From the human T2T-CHM13v2.0 reference genome, Homo sapiens: DNA of 64,000 nt. Below are positions 32,501-47,500 of this stretch, piece by piece (the stretch's first letter is position 1; each line of letters begins with the position of its first letter). The stretch lies in assembly GCF_009914755.1 (NCBI RefSeq), contig NC_060946.1. The stretch is one strand, 5' to 3'. A program made the position numbers and the translations under genes. A model generated the notes under the pieces. It had not been told where the DNA came from and made no database searches. It saw only the letters and a program-made list of their open reading frames with translations.

Positions 32501-35500
32501 AAAGAAAGGCGCAACTCTGTGAGACGAAAGCACACATCACAAAGAAGTTTCTCGGAAAGCCTCTGTCTGCATTTTATGTGAAGGTATTTCCTTTGGCACC
32601 ATAGACCTTAAACCGCTCGCAAATATAACTCCACTTATACTACCAAGAGACTTTCTCCAAATTGCTAAATCAAAAGAAAGGTTCAACTCTGTGAGATGAA
32701 TACACACATCAAAAAGAAGTTTCTCAAAATGCTTCTGTCTAGTTTTCATGGGAAGATATTTATTTTTCACCGTTGGCCCCAAACCGCTCAGAAATATCCC
32801 TTTGCAGTTTGTAGAAAAAGACTGCTTCCAAACTGCTCAATGAAAGGAAATGGTCAACTATTAGAGATGAATGGAAATGTCACAAACAGTTTTCTCAAAA
32901 AGTTACTGTGTCGTTTTTATGTGAAGACATTGCCTTTGGCACCCTAGGCCTTAAAACTCTCTCAATACACATTCACAGATTCTACAAAAAGACTGATTCC
33001 AAACTGCTCAATCAGAAGAAGGGTTCAATTCCGTGTGGCAAACGTGCACATCACCAAGGAATTTGTCAGAAAGCTTCTGTCTACTTTTTATGTGAAGATA
33101 TTTCATATTTCAACAAAGGCCATAAAGGGCTCACAAATATCCCTTCGCAGATTCTAAGAAAAGACGTTTTCCAAACTCCTCAATCAAAAGAAAGGTTTAA
33201 CTCTGTGAGATGAATGGACACATCACGAAGAAGTTTCTCAGAAAGCTTCTGTCTAGTTTTTCTGTGAAGATATTTCTTTTTCACCATAGGCCTCAAGCAG
33301 CTAAGAAATTTCCCTCTGCAGCTTCTACCAAAGACTGTTTCCAAACTGCTCAACTGAAAGAAAGGTTGAATTCTGTGACATGAATTCACACATCACAAAG
33401 AGGTTTTTCAGAAATCTTCTGTCTGGTTTTTAGGTGACGATACTTCCTTTTTCAGCACGGGCCTCAAATATCTCCAAATATCCATTTGCAGATTCTACAG
33501 AAAGACTTTCCAAACTGCTCAATCAAAAGAAAGGTTCAACACTGTGAGATGAAGGCACACATCACCAAGAAGTTTCTCAGAAACCTTCTGTCTAGTTTTT
33601 AGGTGAAGATACTTCGTATTTCACCACAGGCCATAAAGGGCTCACAAATATCCCTTTGCAGGTTCTACAAAAAGACTGTTTCCAAACTGCTCAATCAAAG
33701 GAGAGGTTCAACTCTGTGACGTGAATGGACACATCACAAACAATTTCTTGGAATGCTTCCGTCTAGTTTTTATGGGAAGATATTTCTCTTTCACCATAAG
33801 CCTCAAACGGATCAGAATTCTCCCTTTGCAGATTGTACGATAAGCCTCTTTCCAATCTGCTCAATCAAAAGAAAGTTTCCACTCGGTGAGGTGAATGCAC
33901 ACATCGCAAGGGAGTTTCTCAGAAAGCTTCTGTTTAGTTTTTACGTGAAGATATTTCGTTTTTCACCACGGGCCTCAAAAGCTCTCCAAATATCCATTTG
34001 CAGATTCTAGAAAAAGAGTGTTTCCAAACTCCTCAATCAAAGGATAGTTTCAATTCTGTGAGATGAAAGCACACTTCACAACGAAGTTTCTTAGAAAGCT
34101 TCTGAGTAGTTTTTATGTGAAGATACTTCACATTGCATCACAGTACTCAATGGGCTCAGAAATATCCCCTTGCAGATCCTACAAAAGGACTGTTTCAAAA
34201 CTGCTCAATCCAAAGAATGTTTCAACTATGTGAGATGAATGCGCACGTCACGAAGACGTTCCTCGGAATGCTTCTGTCTTGTTTACATGTGAAGAAGATT
34301 CCTATTTCACCATAGGCAATAAAGGGCTCACAAATATTTTTTGCAGATTCTCCAAAAAGACTGTATCCAAACTGCTCAATAAAAAGAAAGTTTTAACTCT
34401 GTTACATTAATGGACACATCAACAAGTAGTTTCTCAGAAAACTTCTGTGTACTTTTTATGTGAAGATACTTCCTTTGTCACCATTGGCCTCAAAGCACTC
34501 CTAATATCCATTTACAGATGTCACAGAAAGAGTGTTTCCAAACTGCTCAATCAAAAGAAAGTGTTTAACTCTGTGAGGTGAAAGCACACATCTCAAAGAA
34601 GTTTCTCCGAAAGCTTCGGTCTAGTTTTCATGTGATGATATTTCCAGTCTCACCATAGGCCTCAAAGGGCTAAGAAATATCCCTTTCCAGATTCTAAAAG
34701 ACCACCATTTCCATACTTCTCAATCAAAAGAAAGGTTAAATTCTGTGAGGTTAATGCACACATCAGAATGAAGTTTCTCAGAATTCTCCTGTCTAGTTTT
34801 CATGTGAAGATATTTACTATTTCACTATAGGCTTCAAATGTCTCAAAAATATCCCTTTGCAGATTCTACAAAAATATGCTTTCCAAAGTGCTGAATTAAA
34901 AGAAACCTTCAACTCTGTCAGATGAATGGAGACATCACGAAGAAGTTCCTCAGAATGCTTCTGTCTAGTTTAAATGTGAAGACATTTCTTTTTCACCATA
35001 GACCTCAAAGGGCTCAGAGTTAGACCTTTGCAGATTGCAGAGAAAGACTGTCTCTAAACTGCTCAAATAAAATAAAGTTTCAACACGGTGAGATGAACGC
35101 ACACATCACAAAGAAGTTCCTCAGAAGGCTTCTGTCTGGTTTTAATGTGAAGATATTTCCTTTTTCACCATAGGCCTTACACCGCTCACAAATATCCTAC
35201 TGCAGATACTATAAAAAGACTGTTTCCAAACTGCTCCATCAAAAGAAAATTTCACCTATCTGAGATGAATGCACACATCATACAGAAGTTCCTCAGAATT
35301 CTTCTGTCTAGTTTTTATGTGAAGATGTTTCCATTTTCACCTTAGGCCACAAAGCGCCCCAAACATCTGTTTGCAGATGATACGAAAAGACTGTTTCCAA
35401 ACTGCTCAATCAAGAGGAATTTTCAACTCTGTGAGATGAAAGCACACATCACAAAAAAGTTTCTCAGAAATCTTCTGTCTCGCTTTTATCTCAAGATGAT

Positions 35501-38500
35501 TCCTATTTTGCCATAGGAATCAAGGGGCTCACATATACCCCTTTGCAGATTCTACAAGTGTTCTCCTTACAAACTTCTCAATCAAGAGAAACGTTCAACA
35601 TTGTGAGATGAATGAACACATCCCAAAGACGTTTCTCAGGTTGCTTCTGTCTGGTTGCTATGTGAAGATGTTTCCTTTTTCACCATAGTCTTTAAGCCCC
35701 TCAAAAATATCTGTCTGCAGACTCTACCAAAAGACTGTTTCCAAACTGGCCCATATAGCATGTTTCAACTATGTGAAATGAATGCACTCATCAAAAAGAA
35801 GTTTCTCAGGATTCTCCTGTCTAGTTTTTATGTGAAGATATTTCCTTTTTCACCGTAGGCCACAAATTGCTCCAAATATCCATTTGCAGATTCTACAAAA
35901 AGAATGTTCCCAAACTGGTCAATCAAAAGAAAGGCGCAACTCTGTGAGACGAAAGCACACATCACAAAGAAGTTTCTCGGAAAGCCTCTGTCTGCATTTT
36001 ATGTGAAGGTATTTCCTTTGGCACCATAGACCTTAAACCGCTCGCAAATATAACTCCACTTATACTACCAAGAGACTTTCTCCAAATTGCTAAATCAAAA
36101 GAAAGGTTCAACTCTTTGAGATGAATACACACATCAAAAAGAAGTTTCTCAAAATGCTTCTGTCTAGTTTTCATGGGAAGATATTTATTTTTCACCGTTG
36201 GCCCCAAACCGCTCAGAAATATCCCTTTGCAGTTTGTAGAAAAAGACTGCTTCCAAACTGCTCAATGAAAGGAAATGGTCAACTATTAGAGATGAATGGA
36301 AATGTCACAAACAGTTTTCTCAAAAAGCTACTGTGTCGTTTTTATGTGAAGACATTGCCTTTGGCACCCTAGGCCTTAAAACTCTCTCAATACACATTCA
36401 CAGATTCTACAAAAAGACTGATTCCAAACTGCTCAATCAGAAGAAGGGTTCAATTCCGTGTGGCAAACGTGCACATCACCAAGGAATTTGTCAGAAAGCT
36501 TCTGTCTACTTTTTATGTGAAGATATTTCATATTTCAACAAAGGCCATAAAGGGCTCACAAATATCCCTTCGCAGATTCTAAGAAAAGACGTTTTCCAAA
36601 CTCCTCAATCAAAAGAAAGGTTTAACTCTGTGAGATGAATGGACACATCACGAAGAAGTTTCTCAGAAAGCTTCTGTCTAGTTTTTCTGTGAAGATATTT
36701 CTTTTTCACCATAGGCCTCAAGCAGCTAAGAAATTTCCCTCTGCAGCTTCTACCAAAGACTGTTTCCAAACTGCTCAATTGAAAGAAAGGTTGAATTCTG
36801 TGACATGAATTCACACATCACAAAGAGGTTTTTCAGAAATCTTCTGTCTGGTTTTTAGGTGACGATACTTCCTTTTTCAGCACGGGCCTCAAATATCTCC
36901 AAATATCCATTTGCAGATTCTACAGAAAGACTTTCCAAACTGCTCAATCAAAAGAAAGGTTCAACACTGTGAGATGAAGGCACACATCACCAAGAAGTTT
37001 CTCAGAAACCTTCTGTCTAGTTTTTAGGTGAAGATACTTCGTATTTCACCACAGGCCATAAAGGGCTCACAAATATCCCTCTGCAGGTTCTACAAAAAGA
37101 CTGTTTCCAAACTGATCAATCAAAGGAGAGGTTCAACTCTGTGACGTGAATGGACACATCACAAACAATTTCTTGGAATGCTTCCGTCTAGTTTTTATGG
37201 GAAGATATTTCTCTTTCACCATAAGCCTCAAACGGATCAGAATTCTCCCTTTGCAGGTTGTACGATAAGCCTCTTTCCAATCTGCTCAATCAAAAGAAAG
37301 TTTCCACTCGGTGAGGTGAATGCACACATCGCAAGGGAGTTTCTCAGAAAGCTTCTGTTTAGTTTTTACGTGAAGATATTTCGTTTTTCACCACGGGCCT
37401 CTAAAGCTCTCCAAATATCCATTTGCAGATTCTAGAAAAAGAGTGTTTCCAAACTCCTCAATCAAAGGATAGTTTCAATTCTGTGAGATGAAAGCACACA
37501 TCACAACGAAGTTTCTTAGAAAGCTTCTGTGTAGTTTTTATGTGAAGATACTTCACATTGCATCACAGTACTCAATGGGCTCAGAAATATCCCCTTGCAG
37601 ATCCTACAAAAGGACTGTTTCAAAACTGCTCAATCCAAAGAAAGTTTCAACTATGTGAGATGAATGCACACGTCACGAAGACGTTCCTCAGAATGCTTCT
37701 GTCTTGTTTACATGTGAAGAAGATTCCTATTTCACCATAGGCAATAAAGGGCTCACAAATATTTTTTGCAGATTCTACAAAAAGACTGTATCCAAACTGC
37801 TCAATAAAAAGAAAGTTTTAACTCTGTTACATCAATGGACACATCAACAAGTAGTTTCTCAGAAAACTTCTGTGTAGTTTTTATGTGAAGATACTTCCTT
37901 TGTCACCATTGGCCTCAAAGCACTCCTAATATCCATTTACAGATGTCACAGAAAGAGTGTTTCCAAACTGCTCAATCAAAAGAAAGTGTTTAACTCTGTG
38001 AGGTGAAAGCACACATCTCAAAGAAGTTTGTCCGAAAGCTTCGGACTAGTTTTCATGTGATGATATTTCCAGTCTCACCATAGGCCTCAAAGGGCTAAGA
38101 AATATCCCTTTCCAGGTTCTAAAAGACCACCATTTCCATACTTCTCAATCAAAAGAAAGGTTAAATTCTGTGAGGTTAATGCACACATCAGAAGGAAGTT
38201 TCTCAGAATTCTCCTGTCTAGTTTTCATGTGAAGATATTTACTATTTCACTATAGGCTTCAAATGTCTCAAAAATATCCCTTTGCAGATTCTACAAAAAT
38301 ATGCTTTCCAAAGTGCTGAATTAAAAGAAACCTTCAACTCTCTCAGATGAATGGAGACATCACAAAGAAGTTCCTCAGAATGCTTCTGTCTAGTTGAAAT
38401 GTGAAGACATTTCTTTTTCACCATAGACCTCAAAGGGCTCAGAGTTGGACCTTGGCAGATTGCAGAGAAAGACTGTCTCTAAACTGCTCAAATAACATAA

Positions 38501-41500
38501 AGTTTCAACACGGTGAGATGAATGCACACATCACAAAGAAGTTCCTCAGAAAGCTTCTGTCTGGTTTTTATGTGAAGATATTTCCTTTTTCACCATAGGT
38601 CTTACACCGCTCACGAATATCCTTCTGCAGATACTATAAAAAGACCGTTTCCAAACTGCTCCATCAAAAGAAAATTTCACCTATCTGAGATGAATGCACA
38701 CATCATACAGAAGTTCCTCAGAATTCTTCTGTCTAGTTTTTATGTGAAGATGTTTCCATTTTCACCTTAGGCCACAAAGCGCCCCAAACATCCGTTTGCA
38801 GATGATACGAAAAGACTGTTTCCAAACTGCTCAATCAAGATTAATTTTCAACTCTGTGAGATGAAAGCACACATCACAAAAAAGTTTCTCAGAAATCTTC
38901 TGTCTCGCTTTTATCTCAAGATAATTCCTATTTTGCCATAGGAAACAAGGGGCTCACATATACCCCTTTGCAGATTCTACAAATGTTCTCCTTACAAACT
39001 TCTCAATCAAAAGAAACGTTCAACATTGTGAGATGAATGAACACATCCCAAAGACGTTTCTCAGGTTGCTTCTGTCTGGTTGCTATGTGAAGATGTTTCC
39101 TTTTTCACCATAGTCTTTAAGCCACTCAAAAATATCTGTCTGCAGACTCTACCAAAAGACCGTTTCCAAACTGGCCCATATAGCATGTTTCAACTATGTG
39201 AAATGAATGCACTCATCAAAAAGAAGTTTCTCAGGATTCTCCTGTCTAGTTTTTATGTGAAGATATTTCCTTTTTCACCGTAGGCCACAAATTGCTCCAA
39301 ATATCCATTTGCAGATTCTACAAAAAGAATGTTCCCAAACTGGTCAATCAAAAGAAAGGCGCAACTCTGTGAGACGAAAGCACACATCACAAAGAAGTTT
39401 CTCGGAAAGCCTCTGTCTGCATTTTATGTGAAGGTATTTCCTTTGGCACCATAGGCCTTAAACCGCTCGCAAATATAACTCCACTTATACTACCAAGAGA
39501 CTTTCTCCAAATTGCTAAATCTAAAGAAAGGTTCAACTCTGTGAGATGAATACACACATCAAAAAGAAGTTTCTCAAAATGCTTCTGTCTAGTTTTCATG
39601 GGAAGATATTTATTTTTCACCGTTGGCCCCAAACCGCTCCGAAATATCCCTTTGCAGTTTGTAGAAAAAGACTGCTTCCAAACTGCTCAATGAAAGGAAA
39701 TGGTCAACTATTAGAGATGAATGGAAATGTCACAAACAGTTTTCTCAAAAAGCTACTGTGTCGTTTTTATGTGAAGACATTGCCTTTGGCACCCTAGGCC
39801 TTAAAACTCTCTAAATACACATTCACAGATTCTACAAAAAGACTGATTCCAAACTGCTCAATCAGAAGAAGGGTTCAATTCCGTGTGACAAACGTGCACA
39901 TCACCAAGGAATTTGTCAGAAAGCTTCTGTCTACTTTTTATGTGAAGATATTTCATATTTCAACAAAGGCCATAAAGGGCTCACAAATATCCCTTCGCAG
40001 ATTCTAAGAAAAGACGTTTTCCAAACTCCTCAATCAAAAGAAAGGTTTAACTCTGTGAGATGAATGGACACATCACGAAGAAGTTTCTCAGAAAGCTTCT
40101 GTCTAGTTTTTCTGTGAAGATATTTCTTTTTCACCATAGGCCTCAAGCAGCTAAGAAATTTCCCTCTGCAGCTTCTACCAAAGACTGTTTCCAAACTGCT
40201 CAACTGAAAGAAAGGTTGAATTCTGTGACATGAATTCACACATGACAAAGAGGTTTTTCAGAAATCTTCTGTCTGGTTTTTAGGTGACGATACTTCCTTT
40301 TTCAGCACGGGCCTCAAATATCTCCAAATATCCATTTGCAGATTCTACAGAAAGACTTTCCAAACTGCTCAATCAAAAGAAAGGTTCAACACTGTGAGAT
40401 GAAGGCACACATCACCAAGAAGTTTCTCAGAAACCTTCTGTCTAGTTTTTAGGTGAAGATACTTCGTATTTCACCACAGGCCATAAAGGGCTCACAAATA
40501 TCCCTCTGCAGGTTCTACAAAAAGACTGTTTCCAAACTGATCAATCAAAGGAGAGGTTCAACTCTGTGACGTGAATGGACACATCACAAACAATTTCTTG
40601 GAATGCTTCCGTCTAGTTTTTATGGGAAGATATTTCTCTTTCACCATAAGCCTCAAACGGATCAGAATTCTCCCTTTGCAGGTTGTACGATAAGCCTCTT
40701 TCCAATCTGCTCAATCAAAAGAAAGTTTCCACTCGGTGAGGTGAATGCACACATCGCAAGGGAGTTTCTCAGAAAGCTTCTGTTTAGTTTTTACGTGAAG
40801 ATATTTCGTTTTTCACCACGGGCCTCTAAAGCTCTCCAAATATCCATTTGCAGATTCTAGAAAAAGAGGGTTTCCAAACTCCTCAATCAAAGGATAGTTT
40901 CAATTCTGTGAGATGAAAGCACACATCACAACGAAGTTTCTTAGAAAGCTTCTGTGTAGTTTTTATGTGAAGATACTTCACATTGCATCACAGTACTCAA
41001 TGGGCTCAGAAATATCCCCTTGCAGATCCTACAAAAGGACTGTTTCAAAACTGCTCAATCCAAAGAAAGTTTCAACTATGTGAGATGAATGCACACGTCA
41101 CGAAGACGTTCCTCAGAATGCTTCTGTCTTGTTTACATGTGAAGAAGATTCCTATTTCACCATAGGCAATAAAGGGCTCACAAATATTTTTTGCAGATTC
41201 TACAAAAAGACTGTATCCAAACTGCTCAATAAAAAGAAAGTTTTAACTCTGTTACATCAATGGACACATCAACAAGTAGTTTCTCAGAAAACTTCTGTGT
41301 AGTTTTTATGTGAAGATACTTCCTTTGTCACCATTGGCCTCAAAGCACTCCTAATATCCATTTACAGATGTCACAGAAAGAGTGTTTCCAAACTGCTCAA
41401 TCAAAAGAAAGTGTTTAACTCTGTGAGGTGAAAGCACACATCTCAAAGAAGTTTCTCCGAAAGCTTCGGACTAGTTTTCATGTGATGATATTTCCAGTCT

Positions 41501-44500
41501 CACCATAGGCCTCAAAGGGCTAAGAAATATCCCTTTCCAGGTTCTAAAAGACCACCATTTCCATACTTCTCAATCAAAAGAAAGGTTAAATTCTGTGAGG
41601 TTAATGCACACATCAGAAGGAAGTTTCTCAGAATTCTCCTGTCTAGTTTTCATGTGAAGATATTTACTATTTCACTATAGGCTTCAAATGTCTCAAAAAT
41701 ATCCCTTTGCAGATTCTACAAAAATATGCTTTCCAAAGTGCTGAATTAAAAGAAACCTTCAACTCTCTCAGATGAATGGAGACATCACAAAGAAGTTCCT
41801 CAGAATGCTTCTGTCTAGTTGAAATGTGAAGACATTTCTTTTTCACCATAGACCTCAAAGGGCTCAGAGTTGGACCTTGGCAGATTGCAGAGAAAGACTG
41901 TCTCTAAACTGCTCAAATAACATAAAGTTTCAACACGGTGAGATGAATGCACACATCACAAAGAAGTTCCTCAGAAAGCTTCTGTCTGGTTTTTATGTGA
42001 AGATATTTCCTTTTTCAACATAGGTCTTACACCGCTCACGAATATCCTTCTGCAGATACTATAAAAAGACCGTTTCCAAACTGCTCCATCAAAAGAAAAT
42101 TTCACCTATCTGAGATGAATGCACACATCATACAGAAGTTCCTCAGAATTCTTCTGTCTAGTTTTTATGTGAAGATGTTTCCATTTTCACCTTAGGCCAC
42201 AAAGCGCCCCAAACATCCGTTTGCAGATGATACGAAAAGACTGTTTCCAAACTGCTCAATCAAGATTAATTTTCAACTCTGTGAGATGAAAGCACACATC
42301 ACAAAAAAGTTTCTCAGAAATCTTCTGTCTCGCTTTTATCTCAAGATAATTCCTATTTTGCCATAGGAAACAAGGGGCTCACATATACCCCTTTGCAGAT
42401 TCTACAAATGTTCTCCTTACAAACTTCTCAATCAAAAGAAACGTTCAACATTGTGAGATGAATGAACACATCCCAAAGACGTTTCTCAGGTTGCTTCTGT
42501 CTGGTTGCTATGTGAAGATGTTTCCTTTTTCACCATAGTCTTTAAGCCACTCAAAAATATCTGTCTGCAGACTCTACCAAAAGACCGTTTCCAAACTGGC
42601 CCATATAGCATGTTTCAACTATGTGAAATGAATGCACTCATCAAAAAGAAGTTTCTCAGGATTCTCCTGTCTAGTTTTTATGTGAAGATATTTCCTTTTT
42701 CACCATAGGCCACAAATTGCTCCAAATATCCATTTGCAGATTCTACAAAAAGAATGTTCCCAAACTGGTCAATCAAAAGAAAGGCGCAACTCTGTGAGAC
42801 GAAAGCACACATCACAAAGAAGTTTCTCGGAAAGCCTCTGTCTGCATTTTATGTGAAGGTATTTCCTTTGGCACCATAGGCCTTAAACCGCTCGCAAATA
42901 TAACTCCACTTATACTACCAAGAGACTTTCTCCAAATTGCTAAATCTAAAGAAAGGTTCAACTCTGTGAGATGAATACACACATCAAAAAGAAGTTTCTC
43001 AAAATGCTTCTGTCTAGTTTTCATGGGAAGATATTTATTTTTCACCGTTGGCCCCAAACCGCTCCGAAATATCCCTTTGCAGTTTGTAGAAAAAGACTGC
43101 TTCCAAACTGCTCAATGAAAGGAAATGGTCAACTATTAGAGATGAATGGAAATGTCACAAACAGTTTTCTCAAAAAGCTACTGTGTCGTTTTTATGTGAA
43201 GACATTGCCTTTGGCACCCTAGGCCTTAAAACTCTCTAAATACACATTCACAGATTCTACAAAAAGACTGATTCCAAACTGCTCAATCAGAAGAAGGGTT
43301 CAATTCCGTGTGACAAACGTGCACATCACCAAGGAATTTGTCAGAAAGCTTCTGTCTACTTTTTATGTGAAGATATTTCATATTTCAACAAAGGCCATAA
43401 AGGGCTCACAAATATCCCTTCGCAGATTCTAAGAAAAGACGTTTTCCAAACTCCTCAATCAAAAGAAAGGTTTAACTCTGTGAGATGAATGGACACATCA
43501 CGAAGAAGTTTCTCAGAAAGCTTCTGTCTAGTTTTTCTGTGAAGATATTTCTTTTTCACCATAGGCCTCAAGCAGCTAAGAAATTTCCCTCTGCAGCTTC
43601 TACCAAAGACTGTTTCCAAACTGCTCAACTGAAAGAAAGGTTGAATTCTGTGACATGAATTCACACATGACAAAGAGGTTTTTCAGAAATCTTCTGTCTG
43701 GTTTTTAGGTGACGATACTTCCTTTTTCAGCACGGGCCTCAAATATCTCCAAATATCCATTTGCAGATTCTACAGAAAGACTTTCCAAACTGCTCAATCA
43801 AAAGAAAGGTTCAACACTGTGAGATGAAGGCACACATCACCAAGAAGTTTCTCAGAAACCTTCTGTCTAGTTTTTAGGTGAAGATACTTCGTATTTCACC
43901 ACAGGCCATAAAGGGCTCACAAATATCCCTCTGCAGGTTCTACAAAAAGACTGTTTCCAAACTGATCAATCAAAGGAGAGGTTCAACTCTGTGACGTGAA
44001 TGGACACATCACAAACAATTTCTTGGAATGCTTCCGTCTAGTTTTTATGGGAAGATATTTCTCTTTCACCATAAGCCTCAAACGGATCAGAATTCTCCCT
44101 TTGCAGGTTGTACGATAAGCCTCTTTCCAATCTGCTCAATCAAAAGAAAGTTTCCACTCGGTGAGGTGAATGCACACATCGCAAGGGAGTTTCTCAGAAA
44201 GCTTCTGTTTAGTTTTTACGTGAAGATATTTCGTTTTTCACCACGGGCCTCTAAAGCTCTCCAAATATCCATTTGCAGATTCTAGAAAAAGAGGGTTTCC
44301 AAACTCCTCAATCAAAGGATAGTTTCAATTCTCTGAGATGAAAGCACACATCACAACGAAGTTTCTTAGAAAGCTTCTGTGTAGTTTTTATGTGAAGATA
44401 CTTCACATTGCATCACAGTACTCAATGGGCTCAGAAATATCCCCTTGCAGATCCTACAAAAGGACTGTTTCAAAACTGCTCAATCCAAAGAAAGTTTCAA

Positions 44501-47500
44501 CTATGTGAGATGAATGCACACGTCACGAAGACGTTCCTCAGAATGCTTCTGTCTTGTTTACATGTGAAGAAGATTCCTATTTCACCATAGGCAATAAAGG
44601 GCTCACAAATATTTTTTGCAGATTCTACAAAAAGACTGTATCCAAACTGCTCAATAAAAAGAAAGTTTTAACTCTGTTACATCAATGGACACATCAACAA
44701 GTAGTTTCTCAGAAAACTTCTGTGTAGTTTTTATGTGAAGATACTTCCTTTGTCACCATTGGCCTCAAAGCACTCCTAATATCCATTTACAGATGTCACA
44801 GAAAGAGTGTTTCCAAACTGCTCAATCAAAAGAAAGTGTTTAACTCTGTGAGGTGAAAGCACACATCTCAAAGAAGTTTCTCCGAAAGCTTCGGACTAGT
44901 TTTCATGTGATGATATTTCCAGTCTCACCATAGGCCTCAAAGGGCTAAGAAATATCCCTTTCCAGGTTCTAAAAGACCACCATTTCCATACTTCTCAATC
45001 AAAAGAAAGGTTAAATTCTGTGAGGTTAATGCACACATCAGAAGGAAGTTTCTCAGAATTCTCCTGTCTAGTTTTCATGTGAAGATATTTACTATTTCAC
45101 TATAGGCTTCAAATGTCTCAAAAATATCCCTTTGCAGATTCTACAAAAATATGCTTTCCAAAGTGCTGAATTAAAAGAAACCTTCAACTCTCTCAGATGA
45201 ATGGAGACATCACAAAGAAGTTCCTCAGAATGCTTCTGTCTAGTTGAAATGTGAAGACATTTCTTTTTCACCATAGACCTCAAAGGGCTCAGAGTTGGAC
45301 CTTGGCAGATTGCAGAGAAAGACTGTCTCTAAACTGCTCAAATAACATAAAGTTTCAACACGGTGAGATGAATGCACACATCACAAAGAAGTTCCTCAGA
45401 AAGCTTCTGTCTGGTTTTTATGTGAAGATATTTCCTTTTTCAACATAGGTCTTACACCGCTCACGAATATCCTTCTGCAGATACTATAAAAAGACCGTTT
45501 CCAAACTGCTCCATCAAAAGAAAATTTCACCTATCTGAGATGAATGCACACATCATACAGAAGTTCCTCAGAATTCTTCTGTCTAGTTTTTATGTGAAGA
45601 TGTTTCCATTTTCACCTTAGGCCACAAAGCGCCCCAAACATCCGTTTGCAGATGATACGAAAAGACTGTTTCCAAACTGCTCAATCAAGATTAATTTTCA
45701 ACTCTGTGAGATGAAAGCACACATCACAAAAAAGTTTCTCAGAAATCTTCTGTCTCGCTTTTATCTCAAGATAATTCCTATTTTGCCATAGGAAACAAGG
45801 GGCTCACATATACCCCTTTGCAGATTCTACAAATGTTCTCCTTACAAACTTCTCAATCAAAAGAAACGTTCAACATTGTGAGATGAATGAACACATCCCA
45901 AAGACGTTTCTCAGGTTGCTTCTGTCTGGTTGCTATGTGAAGATGTTTCCTTTTTCACCATAGTCTTTAAGCCACTCAAAAATATCTGTCTGCAGACTCT
46001 ACCAAAAGACCGTTTCCAAACTGGCCCATATAGCATGTTTCAACTATGTGAAATGAATGCACTCATCAAAAAGAAGTTTCTCAGGATTCTCCTGTCTAGT
46101 TTTTATGTGAAGATATTTCCTTTTTCACCATAGGCCACAAATTGCTCCAAATATCCATTTGCAGATTCTACAAAAAGAATGTTCCCAAACTGGTCAATCA
46201 AAAGAAAGGCGCAACTCTGTGAGACGAAAGCACACATCACAAAGAAGTTTCTCGGAAAGCCTCTGTCTGCATTTTATGTGAAGGTATTTCCTTTGGCACC
46301 ATAGGCCTTAAACCGCTCGCAAATATAACTCCACTTATACTACCAAGAGACTTTCTCCAAATTGCTAAATCTAAAGAAAGGTTCAACTCTGTGAGATGAA
46401 TACACACATCAAAAAGAAGTTTCTCAAAATGCTTCTGTCTAGTTTTCATGGGAAGATATTTATTTTTCACCGTTGGCCCCAAACCGCTCCGAAATATCCC
46501 TTTGCAGTTTGTAGAAAAAGACTGCTTCCAAACTGCTCAATGAAAGGAAATGGTCAACTATTAGAGATGAATGGAAATGTCACAAACAGTTTTCTCAAAA
46601 AGCTACTGTGTCGTTTTTATGTGAAGACATTGCCTTTGGCACCCTAGGCCTTAAAACTCTCTAAATACACATTCACAGATTCTACAAAAAGACTGATTCC
46701 AAACTGCTCAATCAGAAGAAGGGTTCAATTCCGTGTGACAAACGTGCACATCACCAAGGAATTTGTCAGAAAGCTTCTGTCTACTTTTTATGTGAAGATA
46801 TTTCATATTTCAACAAAGGCCATAAAGGGCTCACAAATATCCCTTCGCAGATTCTAAGAAAAGACGTTTTCCAAACTCCTCAATCAAAAGAAAGGTTTAA
46901 CTCTGTGAGATGAATGGACACATCACGAAGAAGTTTCTCAGAAAGCTTCTGTCTAGTTTTTCTGTGAAGATATTTCTTTTTCACCATAGGCCTCAAGCAG
47001 CTAAGAAATTTCCCTCTGCAGCTTCTACCAAAGACTGTTTCCAAACTGCTCAACTGAAAGAAAGGTTGAATTCTGTGACATGAATTCACACATGACAAAG
47101 AGGTTTTTCAGAAATCTTCTGTCTGGTTTTTAGGTGACGATACTTCCTTTTTCAGCACGGGCCTCAAATATCTCCAAATATCCATTTGCAGATTCTACAG
47201 AAAGACTTTCCAAACTGCTCAATCAAAAGAAAGGTTCAACACTGTGAGATGAAGGCACACATCACCAAGAAGTTTCTCAGAAACCTTCTGTCTAGTTTTT
47301 AGGTGAAGATACTTCGTATTTCACCACAGGCCATAAAGGGCTCACAAATATCCCTTTGCAGGTTCTACAAAAAGACTGTTTCCAAACTGCTCAATCAAAG
47401 GAGAGGTTCAACTCTGTGACGTGAATGGACACATCACAAAAAATTTCTTGGATTGCTTCCGTCTAGTTTTTATGGGAAGATATTTCTCTTTCACCATAAG

